A DNA stretch of 63,891 nucleotides, the filler included, from Octopus bimaculoides (lineage: Eukaryota), in assembly GCF_001194135.2 (NCBI RefSeq). It is 3 parts of 3 records of this genome, joined end to end, with 100 filler letters (N's around TTAATTAATTAA, not from the genome) between each part and the next. Parts side by side here need not be neighbours in the genome. Positions count along the whole stretch, not along the records: positions 1 to 31,695 come from NC_068984.1; 2 more parts are not named here. One strand, written 5' to 3'. A program made the position numbers and the translations under genes. Below the pieces are notes generated by a model. It did no database searches. It was not told the DNA's origin and saw only the letters and a program-made list of their open reading frames with translations. Positions within the stretch are counted from its first letter, which is position 1. Each line of letters starts with the position of its first letter. This document shows positions 11,474 through 26,192 of the stretch, one piece after another.

Positions 11474-11993
11474 CAGTAACCCCTCGACTGTCGCGGGTGT
11501 TACGTTCGAAAACCCCACGTAATTGGCGAAAATCTGCGAAGTAGAAACAGTACTGTATATGTTTTTTCTTATTATTTTCATAGTTTGTATATATCTATTT
11601 TGTTTTAAATGCAAAACACCAGAACACACTTCGTTTTCCATGCAGTATGTCAAATTCTTTGATTACTCATCTACGGGACACTAAGTATTTTCTTTTAATA
11701 TATTCTAATTAATGTGTAATACAGAGCAGTACTGTACTGTGTTTATGTTTATTAATTTATCAATTTTTAAGCGTGAAAATACTTATTTTACCACAGAAAT
11801 TAATTAAAATCTAAATAAATATATACAGGATTGGCTGTGTCGGAAGTAGTTTGCTTACCAACCACACGGTTCCGGGTTCAGTCCTACTGTGTGGCACCTT
11901 GGGCAAGTGTCTTGTACTTTAGCCTCGAGCTGACCAAAGCCTTGTGAGTGGATTTGGAAGACAGAAACTGAAAGAAGCTCGTCGTATATATGC

Positions 11994-12048
<55 letters not shown>

Positions 12049-12397
12049 TATGTATGTATGCATGTATGTATGTATGTATGCATGCGTGTATATATGAATA
12101 TGTTTGTGTCTGTGTCTGTCCCCTCACCATTGCTGGACATCCGATATTGGTGTGCTTGCGTCCCCGTAACCTAGCGGTTCGGCAAAACATAGGGATAGAA
12201 TAAGTACTAGGCTTACAAAGAATAAGTGCTGGAGTCGATTGGTTCTACTAAAGGCAGTGCTTCAGCATGGCCGCAGTCAAGTAACTGAAGCAAAATTAAG
12301 AATACTTATCGGCCGCAGAAACCCGCGATACAAATTTACAAATCCGTGATGTACCGAGAGTGCGATAGGTGAACCGCGATACGGCAAGTGATTACAG
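11474..12397. mobile_element. Tigger/pogo-like MITE interrupted by a SINE
   Basis: TA|cagtaacccctcgactgtcgcgg ... ccgcgatacggcaagtgattacag|TA: degenerate TIRs of about 23 bp with TA TSD. Confidence 0.7.
11826..12300 (+). mobile_element. Complete bipartite SINE family A nested in the MITE
   Basis: Head 11826-11985, (TA)(TG)(TATG) tract, tail 12105-12300. Confidence 0.9.
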
Positions 12398-12954
12398 TAT
12401 ATGTTTGGGATTGTGCACGCATTACTGTCATCAGGCGACTAACGTTATTGGCAGAATTCTATTTACCCTGTAATAAGTTTGTTATATATACATGACTTGC
12501 ACGCATACTTGTATACAAGTCATCGCGGTTACGGTCAAAGGCATAGCATTTAACACAATGACCTAGTTAGCACATACGACCTACTTTTCGCCCGTATGGC
12601 TCCACCTTCCTCTCCGCTCCCTCACGTCTCCTCTCCTCCCCCGCTTTTCCCATTTACTTCTTCTACTCTCCATCAATGTTAACTTTTCGAGGACCCTACG
12701 ATTGCTTTGTATTTCATTAACCTACTTGAATTACATTTTGATAGATCGTCCGTTCGCTCACTCATTTATGTTCTGATCAATTTATTCGTGTTTTCATTGA
12801 TGTATTTATTCATTTGGTTGACCAGTTTCCCCTTCTTTCGCCACTCTTGCTTTGCTTTTCCTCTCTCTAAACTGTTCCCTTTTCTCTTCCTTGTTCTCAT
12901 CCCTACACACCTACTGCCTCTCCACCACCCTCTCTCTCTCTCTATCTCTCTCTC

Positions 12955-12993
<39 letters not shown>

Positions 12994-13609
12994 TCCCGCT
13001 CTTTCAATACTCTATACATTCTAGCTATGTCTTTTATTTTGGTAGGTAGGTCCTATTGTTATAGTTTGACTTTTGTTGTTTCATTAACAATTTGAAATTT
13101 CTTCACTGAGGACGATGTTTTGTAAGAAAGCGATTCGTTTTACTCTTTTGCGTAACGATCTGAAACTCGTGTATTTAACACATTTGAAATATCACTATTC
13201 GGTGTTTTAGTTTTCTTTTCGAGTTTCAGTTCGAGAGCTGGAACATAATCATCATCAAAATCATCATCATCACCATATATTTCATGTGTATGTGTGTATG
13301 CGTGCGAACCCGTGTATGCATGTCTATCTACTTGTATATATTACATACATAAATACATACACAAATACACATACACAGGCATTAATAACCATACGTGACA
13401 AAGTGAGCAAAAGGTCAACGCATTCGCTTCGTAGCCATGTGCTCGAAACCACTGCGTTTCCATTTGACCAAATGCTATTTATCAGAACGTTTTATTGGTT
13501 GCCCGAAAACTGATCAGAAGTTCATCAGATGAATTATATATGCCCAGGTGTTTCAAACTCTCCGTTGCCCAGATTCCGTTAAAGATTCCCGGACCAGGAG
13601 TGTCTTTCA

Positions 13610-14100
13610 TTTTCTAGTTGTTTCAGTGATTTGACTGCGGCCATACTAGGGCACTGTCTTGAAGAGTTTTAGTCGAACAAATCGACCCCAGGACCTATTT
13701 TTTAAAAAAATCCTGGTACTCATTCTATCGCTCTCTTTTGCGAACTGCTATGGAAATGTAAAAATACCAACATCGGTTGTCAAGCAGTGGGACACACACA
13801 CACACAAATCACACACACGTACACACTCACACACACAGAATAGGGAACGTTTAGGTTTCTGGTAATCAAAACTAATAGATATGCCTTTTGAGTGCTCTAG
13901 TGGATAAACCGCTAGGATCCAAGTTCACAACGGCGGCTGGAGTTGGGGACCCTTCAGTTTTCCTCTACCAGATACACTCACAAGGCTTTGGTCGACTCGA
14001 GACTATAATAGACGTCAACTGCCCGAGTGGCCACACCGTGGGACTGAATCGGGAAGTATATGACTGGGAAGCAAGCTTCTTGCTACACAGACGCCTGCAA
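13610..14100 (-). mobile_element. Decayed SINE family A
   Basis: Tail at 13610-13790, (CA)n, head at about 13960-14100, all reverse-complemented. Confidence 0.7.
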
Positions 14101-14329
14101 TCAAATACTCCTTAATTCAATGACCATATGGTTCGGTTCATCAAAAACTGAATTTTCATTCTTTCTGTCGACCTCGACGGAGAATCATACGTTTTGTGTG
14201 TTTGTATGTTGGAGCGGGTTTCTGTGAGTATATGTGCATGTATGCGTGTAATGCACAAAATTCCAAGACTTCTATTACCAGCCAGCTTGTTAATGCGCAG
14301 CAAGGAAAGATACTTTAGATCAAAAGGGG

Positions 14330-14935
14330 CACCAATCTCAGAGTTAAATCTAGTGCCTTAATGTGGAAATCTATATGAACAGCGATGCTTCATTTCTTGT
14401 GCATATCATCAAGATATTGACAATGCGCAGACGAAGGGCCGTATGTATTCCGAGAACTTTCAGAACAACTGAACAGGAAGATCTGCTAGTCCTATAGAAC
14501 ACATTTCTCAGACGTCTGGACTCATGGTCTCGACTCTGGACATGCATACTGTGTCAAATTAATAGCGGAACTCAAGGAAATTCAGCAGTGATAGACTAGG
14601 AAGATTGCATCAACGAAGCAATTGAGCTACTAGGAGAGAGTGACGGAGAGAAAAGGCAAAAGAGGTATGTGGTAGTATACATGTGAAATATCTTATAGGG
14701 GCTACCAGCCCCAAAATAGATAGGACGCCACTGCACTGTTCCAAAGTTCACACCCATCTCGTCTGGATTAAGGACCGGGTACAGCAATAGCCAAGGGTTC
14801 AAAGGCTTACGGCTATTTAATATCTTGCAAAACAAAACCGTATGAGATTACGTGGAACGAACGTAGATTGGTTTAAGGAATCAAATTAACCTTCTGCTAT
14901 TCAAGATCTCAGGTGGCCCTGCATCATCACTCCAG
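14330..14935 (+). mobile_element. CR1-like LINE, decayed 3' ORF2
   Basis: Frameshifted remnants such as RTFRTTEQEDLLVL, ERRQKRYVVVY, RRHCTVPKFTP and RLFNIL match CR1/L2-group C-termini. Confidence 0.65.
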
Positions 14936-14959
14936 GAAACTTAAAAGGGGGTAGCAATA

Positions 14960-15190
14960 TCAAATTGGCAGAATTGTGAGCACACCGGGCGAAATGCTTT
15001 GCGGTATTTCGTCTGCCGTTACGTTCTGAGTTCAAATTCCGCCAAGGTCGACTTTGCATCTCATCCTTGGGGGATGGGGGGGTGATTAAATAAATAACAG
15101 TTACGCACTGGGTCGATGTAATCGAATTATTCCCTTTGTCTGTCCTTCTTTGTCTCCGCTATGTTTAGCCCCTGTGGGTAATAAAGAATG
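14960..15190 (+). mobile_element. SINE family B (long tail)
   Basis: Family core and tail; polyG expansion inside the core. Confidence 0.8.
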
Positions 15191-15275
15191 GCTATTGAAA
15201 AGGTGTCCCTGCATGGCCAGAGCTTTCACACAGAAACGCATAGAAGAATGAACGAATATATATATATATATATAT

Positions 15276-15470
15276 ATGGGAGAATGTACGAAAAAACAAC
15301 AACAGACGAGGACCGGTGGTGTAAATAACAAAAGGATGTATTAGTATGACGCTCGGGAATAGGGAAAGTCTTTGACGTTTCGAGCTACGCTCTTCAACAG
15401 AAAGAATACGGAGACAAGGAGAAAAACACGGAGAAAAAAAATTGAATAGTGTTCAGTCAACGGTCAATCA
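15276..15470 (-). mobile_element. Penelope-like fragment family P2, second copy
   Basis: Reverse complement of 931-1117; abuts (TA)n and an N gap. Confidence 0.7.
15369..15405 (-). ncRNA. Minimal type-I hammerhead motif identical to 991-1027
   Basis: Reverse complement is tctttctgttgaagagcgtagctcgaaacgtcaaaga. Confidence 0.7.
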
Positions 15471-15574
15471 NNNNNNNNNNNNNNNNNNNNNNNNNNNNNN
15501 NNNNNNNNNNNNNNNNNNNNNNNNNNNNNNNNNNNNNNNNNNNNNNTATATATATATATATATATATATATACA

Positions 15575-15607
<33 letters not shown>

Positions 15608-16203
15608 GCATGCATACATACATACATACATACACACACACATGCACACATACACACACATGCACATACATATATGTGTGTCCTCTTTTGTGGCATTGAG
15701 AGAAATGAGGAAATTTTTCACACTTATTTCTAGCAGATCTAGTGACCACATACATGATTTCCTCATTAAATCCTTTCTCAATAGCTGGAGAAGGAGGTGC
15801 CACAAAACATTATAGTTTCATTGTTTTTGTAGGTTGATAGCTGAAAAGATTTATTGTTTCATAAAGTCAAAAATTTAAATTATGCTAAGCAAGTCAATTT
15901 CGAATGGCCAGGTCGAAAGGAATCGATAAATCTCTCTTGCGACAGTTCGGTGCCTCGTCGAAGAACCGTTTACGCTAACCAGGTTTATTGAAATAGGCAG
16001 CTACAATCAATCAATCAAACAATATGAAATTTCAAATAGTTTAAAGAGACGAATCTGTCAACAATATGTTCCATTGTAAAATAGTTATTAATCTTATTCT
16101 ATTTCATATTTAAACATTTCCAGCCAAGAATGTTTCCCGGTTCTTTATGTAAGTAATAAGACAAAAAAAAAATTCACATACATACATACATACATATATA
16201 TAA

Positions 16204-16256
<53 letters not shown>

Positions 16257-17033
16257 NNNNNNNNNNNNNNNNNNNNNNNNNNNNNNNNNNNNNNNNNNNN
16301 NNNNNNNNNNNNNNNNNNNNNNNNNNNNNNNNNNNNNNNNNNNNNNNNNNNNNNNNNNNNNNNNNNNNNNNNNNNNNNNNNNNNNNNNNNNNNNNNNNNN
16401 NNNNNNNNNNNNNNNNNNNNNNNNNNNNNNNNNNNNNNNNNNNNNNNNNNNNNNNNNNNNNNNNNNNNNNNNNNNNNNNNNNNNNNNNNNNNNNNNNNNN
16501 NNNNNNNNNNNNNNNNNNNNNNNNNNNNNNNNNNNNNNNNNNNNNNNNNNNNNNNNNNNNNNNNNNNNNNNNNNNNNNNNNNNNNNNNNNNNNNNNNNNN
16601 NNNNNNNNNNNNNNNNNNNNNNNNNNNNNNNNNNNNNNNNNNNNNNNNNNNNNNNNNNNNNNNNNNNNNNNNNNNNNNNNNNNNNNNNNNNNNNNNNNNN
16701 NNNNNNNNNNNNNNNNNNNNNNNNNNNNNNNNNNNNNNNNNNNNNNNNNNNNNNNNNNNNNNNNNNNNNNNNNNNNNNNNNNNNNNNNNNNNNNNNNNNN
16801 NNNNNNNNNNNNNNNNNNNNNNNNNNNNNNNNNNNNNNNNNNNNNNNNNNNNNNNNNNNNNNNNNNNNNNNNNNNNNNNNNNNNNNNNNNNNNNNNNNNN
16901 NNNNNNNNNNNNNNNNNNNNNNTATATGTATATTTATATCTATATACAATACATTCACACGCACAGATGTATATATATGCAATATACATATATAAACATA
17001 TATATATATGCGTGTGTGGTGTGTGTGTACATA

Positions 17034-17069
<36 letters not shown>

Positions 17070-17402
17070 CATACATGCATACATATATATATATATATAT
17101 ATCGCTGTAGACAAATAAGTGTAAATACACTGAGTCAGATTATAGCGCTTCGTAACCATATAGTGGGATGCATGTATTTCGGAGTGGTTATTTTTTCTCC
17201 AGCAGTAGAAACAGGAGAGGCAAACACCATGAACTGACACAAGAGACAGGTCCCTCTTATGATGTTCCCCTCATCATTCAATAACTGGTTTATTTATTCA
17301 ATGGTTCTTCGTAAATAAAATACAGGATATCAGTACTAACCAGTATCTTATATAAATACAAACTTGTTCTCAGTTTAAATATGTTCGAAGTTTATCTGAA
17401 CT

Positions 17403-17440
17403 CTATTCACTGAAATCTATTCACTGAAATCTATTCACTG
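17403..17440. repeat. 14-bp minisatellite (ctattcactgaaat), about 2.7 copies
   Basis: Direct reading. Confidence 0.85.
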
Positions 17441-17544
17441 TATTTTGTCATGGAATAAATTTCTCGCTGTAGATAAAATAAGTGTAGATACACCGAGTTA
17501 GCTTTAAAATTAAGTAAATTAAATTTCTCATTTCTATATTTTTT

Positions 17545-18410
<866 letters not shown>

Positions 18411-19115
18411 CTATATTTGCAAACATTTTGTAATTGTTTTTCTAGATTTTATCCACATAATGTAATCAACCTCTTCTGTGCAAATTATCATTGGAAAGAG
18501 TATATTTTCCAAAAGTTACCATTGCCTGCCACCAAGCTTCATGTGTGCAGTCATCCGACGCCACTTATATTATTCCTAGTGCATGATCCTTTTGCAAAAG
18601 CACATTCCGCATTTTTAGGGGGTTAACTGAGAAAGGAAGTCGAATGGATTATACGCACTTCTCTCTCTATCTCTTTTTCTCTATCTGTCTTTACATACAT
18701 ACATAAACACACCACACACTCACACACACATATATGCAGGCATACAGGCATGTGTGTGTGTATGTGCGTGTGTGTGTGTATGTGTCAGTGAGTGTGTGTG
18801 TATGTGTCGGTATGTGTGTGTTGGACGGTGAGAAATCAAAATGATACAACATAATCAGACCAATGAAATCTTCTCGGAATTAATAATAATTTTAGAAAAA
18901 AATATTTAATAAATTCCAACTTAAAAAAATTAAAAAATAGACAAAAACATTAGATTTAATTTTCGAAAGTGCCTCTGATACTAATAAAGCTGCAATAAGA
19001 ATTTCTCAACAAAACGGGAGGCATTTTTTATTCGAAAGTTTGAGCAAAATATTCAACGAACAAATACATGGACAGATAGATGTATAAATAGAAAGATGGA
19101 TAGATAGATAGAGAT

Positions 19116-19146
<31 letters not shown>

Positions 19147-19384
19147 AATAAGAAACTAATGAAATAGCATGAAAAGAATGGATTATGGTGAATCCATATA
19201 CAGTGCAAATTGAGAATGAGTCCTTAGTTCGATCAGTAATACGATTTCACTGCACGATATTAAACATATGATGTTCTTTAAATGAAGTTATAATTTTGAA
19301 TATTAAAAAAAAAATGTTGTTGTTTGTTGAATTTTTTGCTATAAAGTTTTTGCGAAGTCACTATCTACAACATTCTTGTTTATA

Positions 19385-19540
19385 TTGGCTATGTGGTAAG
19401 ACGCTTGCTTCACAACCACATGGTTCCAGGTTCAGTCCCACTGCGTGGCACCTTGAACAAGTTTCTTCTACTATAGCCTCGGGCCGATCAAAGCCTTGTG
19501 AGTAGATTTGGTAGACGGAAACTGAAAGAAGTCCGTTGTA
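19385..19540 (+). mobile_element. SINE family A head
   Basis: ggctatgtggtaag...ggttcagtcccactgcgtggcacc, ending in (TA)n. Confidence 0.85.
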
Positions 19541-19546
19541 TATATG

Positions 19547-19604
<58 letters not shown>

Positions 19605-19609
<5 letters not shown>

Positions 19610-19809
19610 GGCAACACCCTTCTGCGCATGTCTACTGCACACACGCTCCCACACACGCACTTTGGCAACATTCGTTAATTTCTTGAAAATAGGGTCATAT
19701 CCCCAAAATATTGAATGCAAGGTAAGTCTACATTACTTCATATATTTGTTTTCTTGGGATTTGCCTTGCATTTACTTCGGATTGTTCTGGCCTTACCCAC
19801 GATCCTTTA

Positions 19810-19812
<3 letters not shown>
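19605..19812 (+). mobile_element. Penelope-like fragment family P4 in (TA)n, degenerate hammerhead at about 19680-19716
   Basis: Homologous to 32143-32295; flanked on both sides by (TA)n. Confidence 0.55.
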
Positions 19813-19843
<31 letters not shown>

Positions 19844-19965
19844 CAAACATAGGATAAAATCTTTATAAGAATTTATCAAGTAGTTAGCGTGAAAAGACCT
19901 CATAAGGGAAAAATCTATCACTTATTCCCTATAAATATATTTATTCATATAAAGGCATTACTATA

Positions 19966-20050
19966 TATAAATGCCTCACGCTAAGAGGGTAAAAATGTGT
20001 GTATTGTGGTAGTTTGACTTTAAAGTCCCTCTTAGCGTGCGGCATTTATG
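19966..20050. mobile_element. 85-bp MITE-like hairpin in TA-rich sequence
   Basis: tataaatgcctcacgctaagaggg / ccctcttagcgtgcggcatttatg, 24-bp arms with about 3 mismatches. Confidence 0.65.
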
Positions 20051-20832
20051 TATATATTTATATATATATATATGTATATATGTGTGTGTATGTGTGTGTG
20101 TGCACTATTTACCTTTAATCAATTTTATGTCTCTTGTATTTCTAAATAAACCATTACATAAACAATGGCTATTTGACTTCTACCTTGACTCTTCACTGAC
20201 ATCCAGTGCTGATTAAATACTATTTGAACCTAGGACCCATGTTATTCTCTCATAGAAGTTGACAAGTAACGTTACATGAAATGTTCTTTAATTATTCTTT
20301 CATCTGTAACAATTCAGAAACCTATTATTTTCTCTTTAAACTTACTTTTATATAAGCTTCAAAAAGGACATATTGCCTGCTTGTATTGGCATGAATAAAT
20401 ATTAGATATAACATTACCGTAAAACAATACGTATGCATGTATTGTGATCAAACACATTTGACTTTTGCAACCGTTTCTGTGAATTGTATATGTAATAATA
20501 GTGAGGTGATGTACGATGATGGCGCTGTAGTATAACAAAAGCGGTTATATAGCGGTAGTCGATGTCTAGATGGGGGAGGTGGATTGACATGAAATCAATT
20601 GGTATGTTCCTAACTTCGATATGTATATTGACCTAAGGTCGTTCCGTAAATTTAGAGCAAGACCAACCAAGTCATCTATGGTATCTGGTTGCGGAATTTT
20701 ATGTTGAAAGGGATACGTATATATACTGCGTTTGTATTTCGCTGACATTATGGTCAAAGTAATAATCTCGACGAATGCATGAATACACAGATGGATATCT
20801 GCCTTGGAAATATTGTGTACTTATGTAGTATT

Positions 20833-20835
<3 letters not shown>

Positions 20836-20910
<75 letters not shown>
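20836..20910. repeat. (TG)n microsatellite
   Basis: Direct reading; one of dozens of (TG)/(CA)/(TA)/(GA) tracts, most N gaps being bordered by them. Confidence 0.95.
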
Positions 20911-20912
<2 letters not shown>

Positions 20913-22940
20913 TGTATGCTGGTATATCTCTAGCAATAACCGATACATATATTAGTTGATTTCTTCAACTAGGTTTTGCATCGTATACAGAGATGTGAAG
21001 AGAGAGAAAACAGGGATGTAAAAAGAGCAAGCATGAGTGAAAGAAACAGTCTTGGTGGCAGGCAATGACTAAAGAGATTCCTTAAACAGGCAATGAGAAA
21101 GTACCATAGGAATAAAAACGATGGGGGAAGAGCAAGTAGAGAGAATAAACGACATAGTTGTTATGGCAGAAGTTATACAAATGCGAAATATTTGAAATTC
21201 TATTGCAGGTTAGAATATTTTTCTCTTGAAAATTAGTCTTCATTACGTAGAAAGAAGTTTCATAAAATCTAGATTGTAATCATTGTATGCATGCCGTATT
21301 TGCTGACGTTAGACCGTTAAACAGATACAAGAATAAAAGAATATGTGTGTATGTGTTTATGTGTGTATGTGTTTATGTGTGTATGTGTATGTATGTGTGT
21401 GTTTGTGTGTATGTGTGTGTGAGAGTTTCTGTATCCTATTTAATGTGGATGTAACATGAGAGTGCGGAAGATGCGGCAGTATTCGTCCTGAGATATTCTC
21501 CCGTCTCGACATGTTGCAGCTGTCTTCCACTTCTGGTGCTGGACATCTTTTAGCCTGCTGTTGATACTTCTGTGCTTCAGGTCGCTGAAACGAGTCGAAA
21601 TCATGTACATATATGTGAATATAAATACATGATATATATTCGTTAGAGGAACCTAGCTAAAATATTTAGTGAATGCATAGTATTAGATCTCATGCGATAT
21701 TCGTTTTCAAGTGACAACTAAGTGAACTTTTAATCAATTGACCCCTATATCATGTTGGTCCTCATTCAATTTCGTATTAGCTTTGCGTAAGCACCCCTAA
21801 TTATTTTCGAGTGTATCTTTTTATGTAAAACAGAATGTTTGTTTGTCTAACTCTCATTTCTGTTTGTTTTGTTCTTGGTGTTTTGGTTATACTGTAAAAA
21901 CATTTACCATACTGTGGTAGCCTGTTTCTTCTTTGGTTATTTTATCTTTTAATTTTTCCAAATAACAACATTTTGGTTTTGAAGACACAAACCAGAAAAA
22001 TGCAAGCACTTGTATGAAGTTGCCCTCTCGGAATTGCGCTATCTGCTGATTATTATGTTATAAATCTAAAAGAGAACACATTTTTGTGTGCGGTTCCAGT
22101 GAATTTATAGTTATTTTCTAAAAAAGCACGCTTTACAACGTCTTTAGACAACTATTTTCGTTGGTCTGTTGCGTTCAATGTCAACGAGTTGAAGAATACG
22201 TGACTTTTGAAAATTTTAGTTAATGGTGCCCTATCATCGTCTTTCATAATCATTTCGAGATCGCTTTGGCAAATTAATGCCTTACCCTCTTAAATTTATG
22301 AGAACTTTCATTGACATTTGCTATTTTCTTTCTCGCCTTCGCTGACAACAATATTTGTTTTTCGCAGTAGACTTCTTCTTTATTTTGTTTTTATATTATT
22401 TATATTCCAAGGTGAATTTGGAGAGGTTTGCGAGGTGTAGAGCTTGTAAACTATATTGTCAAAATGCATTGGATTTCTCGTTCAAAACTGATTTAATATT
22501 TCGCCACAAGGAACTTTTCAATGAACTGGCAATAAACAATATCAGATGCGCTTTCACTATTGCCTCTGTTAGAATGTTAGCTTCCCAATAGCTTTTTACC
22601 AGGTGACCATACCTTTTATCTTTTATATTTAAGCATTTCACGCATTCAACTGCGGCCATGCTGGAGCACCACCTTCAAGAGCCTGATCGAACTAATCTCA
22701 CCCAGTACTTATTTTAAAGTCTTGTACTTATTCTATTGGTCTCTGTAACCAAAATACTAATTTGTAGGGTCGGTTGTCAAATGGTGGGAGGCATTGGCCC
22801 TCTGTCGGTTACGACGATGGAAGTTCCAGTTGATACAATCAACAGAACAGTCTGCTATTGTATTTTACGTGCAAATGGCTGAGCACTCCACAGCCACGCG
22901 CCTTCACACATATATACATGCAGCATACGTACAAATACGT

Positions 22941-22971
<31 letters not shown>

Positions 22972-22975
22972 TACG

Positions 22976-23034
<59 letters not shown>

Positions 23035-23393
23035 ATACATAACACGTACACTTAGCAGTCTTCAGAAAACGTCCACCTACCGATGTCGTTCCCATGGCAT
23101 TGGACAGCCCAGGCCTATAGTAAAAAACACAAGTCCAGAGTTCCCTCGCTGAGGCTGAACCGAAAAGCACGTGGTTGCAAAGGATAACCTTACACTATGC
23201 TTAGAAAATAAAACCGAGACGGTCAAAGATGGAATGTTTATGACTACGATGCATGACTGAACCGGTTGGATTTAACTGCAGTAACAACTACTGAGAGAGT
23301 TATGTATGTGTACGTACAGCTGTGTCCAAAACATGCTAGTATAGACAGAGATTTCTATAGAAACATTTATGGAAAAAATACATAGAAAAATTG

Positions 23394-23602
23394 TACAGTT
23401 CTATATTTAAGAGATGAGGAATTATGTACATTATTTACATTTGACTGATATTTGTCCTCGTCTTGTTTGTTGTTAACACAACGTTTCGGCTGATATACCC
23501 TCCAGCCTTCATCGGGCTGGTGGGTGTATCAGTCGAAACGTTGTGTTAACAACAAACAAGATGAGGACAAATATCCGTCAAATGTAAATGATGTAAATAA
23601 TA
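23394..23602. mobile_element. Divergent inverted pair of hammerhead-bearing 3' tails (family P1, same tail as SINE E)
   Basis: Minus arm 23514 to 23394 and plus arm 23515 to 23602 both match the tail of 59879-60159. Confidence 0.8.
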
Positions 23603-23609
23603 TAGGATA

Positions 23610-23828
23610 TTTGGTTTCAAATTTGTTCACAAAGCCAGCAGATTTGGGAGTGGGAGGAAAGTCGATTAAATTGATCCTCGTGGTCAAATGGTGCTTATTG
23701 TATCGACTGCGAAAGAACGAAAGGCAAAGTCGACCTCGGTAGTATTTGAAGTCAGAACGTAAAGACGGACGAAATGCCGTAAAGCATTTTCCCCGGCGTG
23801 TTGACGAATCTGCCAGCTTGCTACCTTA
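23610..23828 (-). mobile_element. SINE family B
   Basis: Family core aaggcaaagtcgacctcgg. Confidence 0.8.
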
Positions 23829-26116
23829 GAAATACATAAAAATATTAATTTACAAAACAATCATAAATTTGAGATGTGAAAAAGGAAAGTTGCGATAGGG
23901 TCATTGAATATTTCTGAAGATTTCACCACCGAAATTTGTATCAATGAGAAATACAGCTGTTAATTATTTTGTTATTTTGCAACAGCAGTACATAACGACA
24001 CATAGGCACGCATACAAGTCACATATAGAGTTATCTGCCCATGAAACTGTAATTTGTTTATGCAATAGTTTAACCAGAGGTCAATTTAATCCAGAAGACC
24101 TGTGATGGAAAGCATTTCTACCGAGGGCACTAACTTTAATTTTTGAGGTACCTGTATTTCAATCCATATGAATGGCGTTTCCAAAACAGCTGATAAAAAC
24201 ATGAAGGTTATATGCGAGTGAATACTGAGGTAATGTTAAATGTAATGAGTAGGAACCAATGATGATACCTCAGCGTGAGAAGTCTATTTGCTAGAAATAG
24301 AAGTCCGCCCTGCTTCAAACGAGTCTCAAATATTTTTGAAGACAGAATTTCGGTCATTGTAGCTCTGAACCGGAATTGGAAGGTAATCAATGGCTCGACT
24401 GCCATTTATCAACTGTCTGTTCCATTACGCTAACGAGGGATTAAAGAACAACAACAGTTGGAAGAATAAATTTTAGTTCATATAACAACGTATTTTCAGT
24501 CAAAGGTTTCTCTCTGTGGATTCGCGTATACCAAGGCTTAGAAATATATGATTTATCTAAGAGGAATTATCGAGTAGCTTCTACAACATATGGATAATCT
24601 ACGTTTATCCACATACTGTACGATTGTTACTAGAGACAGATTGGTAACATTAGTCACAGTTATATAGAGACAATTGAAGAAGTTATTATCTCAAGTTGGC
24701 TCTTGACATTTGCATTTTCGAGTCCATGATTTCAGCTGCAAGTGTCCCAAACAGGTAAATTTCATACAGGAAAATAAATCACAACTGACAGCCCAGCAAC
24801 TACCTTCGATTTTTGCATTTGCGTAAGTCGAGCGTTTGCTTTTGCCATTCCTTGAGAGAATATCTTATCAGCATTACGTCCATGACAGGCGACGCCATTT
24901 ACATGAGATTACAAGAGGGCAATGGCTACCATCAACTGTTCGATAATAAATGACTGAGATTTAGGAAAATTCTTCTGGTGTGTGATAATAATATTTGTCT
25001 TCATTTCTTTTAGAGTTACTTTCATTACACAAAGCGAAAGGAAGAACTGGAATGTCTATTATATAATGAGAAATGGCGCTTTTTAAACAAGAAGACAATA
25101 AACTGATTTCAAACTTGAGAAACTAATGTCTGACTTCTGCATCGAAGAAAAAAGCAGCATCTAAGAATAGTAATCATGTGATCATGCGAGATGCTTCTTC
25201 TCAGTGTGTTTACAAATATACACTATGCACACAACATGAATATACATACAACCATAATTATACGCATATATATATATATATATATATANNNNNNNNNNNN
25301 NNNNNNNNNNNNNNNNNNNNNNNNNNNNNNNNNNNNNNNNNNNNNNNNNNNNNNNNNNNNNNNNNNNNNNNNNNNNNNNNNNNNNNNNNNNNNNNNNNNN
25401 NNNNNNNNNNNNNNNNNNNNNNNNNNNNNNNNNNNNNNNNNNNNNNNNNNNNNNNNNNNNNNNNNNNNNNNNNNNNNNNNNNNNNNNNNNNNNNNNNNNN
25501 NNNNNNNNNNNNNNNNNNNNNNNNNNNNNNNNNNNNNNNNNNNNNNNNNNNNNNNNNNNNNNNNNNNNNNNNNNNNNNNNNNNNNNNNNNNNNNNNNNNN
25601 NNNNNNNNNNNNNNNNNNNNNNNNNNNNNNNNNNNNNNNNNNNNNNNNNNNNNNNNNNNNNNNNNNNNNNNNNNNNNNNNNNNNNNNNNNNNNNNNNNNN
25701 NNNNNNNNNNNNNNNNNNNNNNNNNNNNNNNNNNNNNNNNNNNNNNNNNNNNNNNNNNNNNNNNNNNNNNNNNNNNNNNNNNNNNNNNNNNNNNNNNNNN
25801 NNNNNNNNNNNNNNNNNNNNNNNNNNNNNNNNNNNNNNNNNNNNNNNNNNNNNNNNNNNNNNNNNNNNNNNNNNNNNNNNNNNNNNNNNNNNNNNNNNNN
25901 NNNNNNNNNNNNNNNNNNNNNNNNNNNNNNNNNNNNNNNNNNNNNNNNNNNNNNNNNNNNNNNNNNNNNNNNNNNNNNNNNNNNNNNNNNNNNNNNNNNN
26001 NNNNNNNNNNNNNNNNNNNNNNNNNNNNNNNNNNNNNNNNNNNNNNNNNNNNNNNNNNNNNNNNNNNNNNNNNNNNNNNNNNNNNNNNNNNNNNNNNNNN
26101 NNNNNNNNNNNNNNNN

Positions 26117-26154
<38 letters not shown>

Positions 26155-26158
26155 GCTG

Positions 26159-26192
<34 letters not shown>

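Noticed and set aside
13470-13530. CUGAUGA ... AAAACGUU on the minus strand as a further hammerhead
   Set aside because: No closing stem II and stem I pairs poorly.
20530-20585. TATA box plus GC-box-like motif on the minus strand
   Set aside because: Such motifs are expected by chance in AT-rich DNA and no downstream exon was found.
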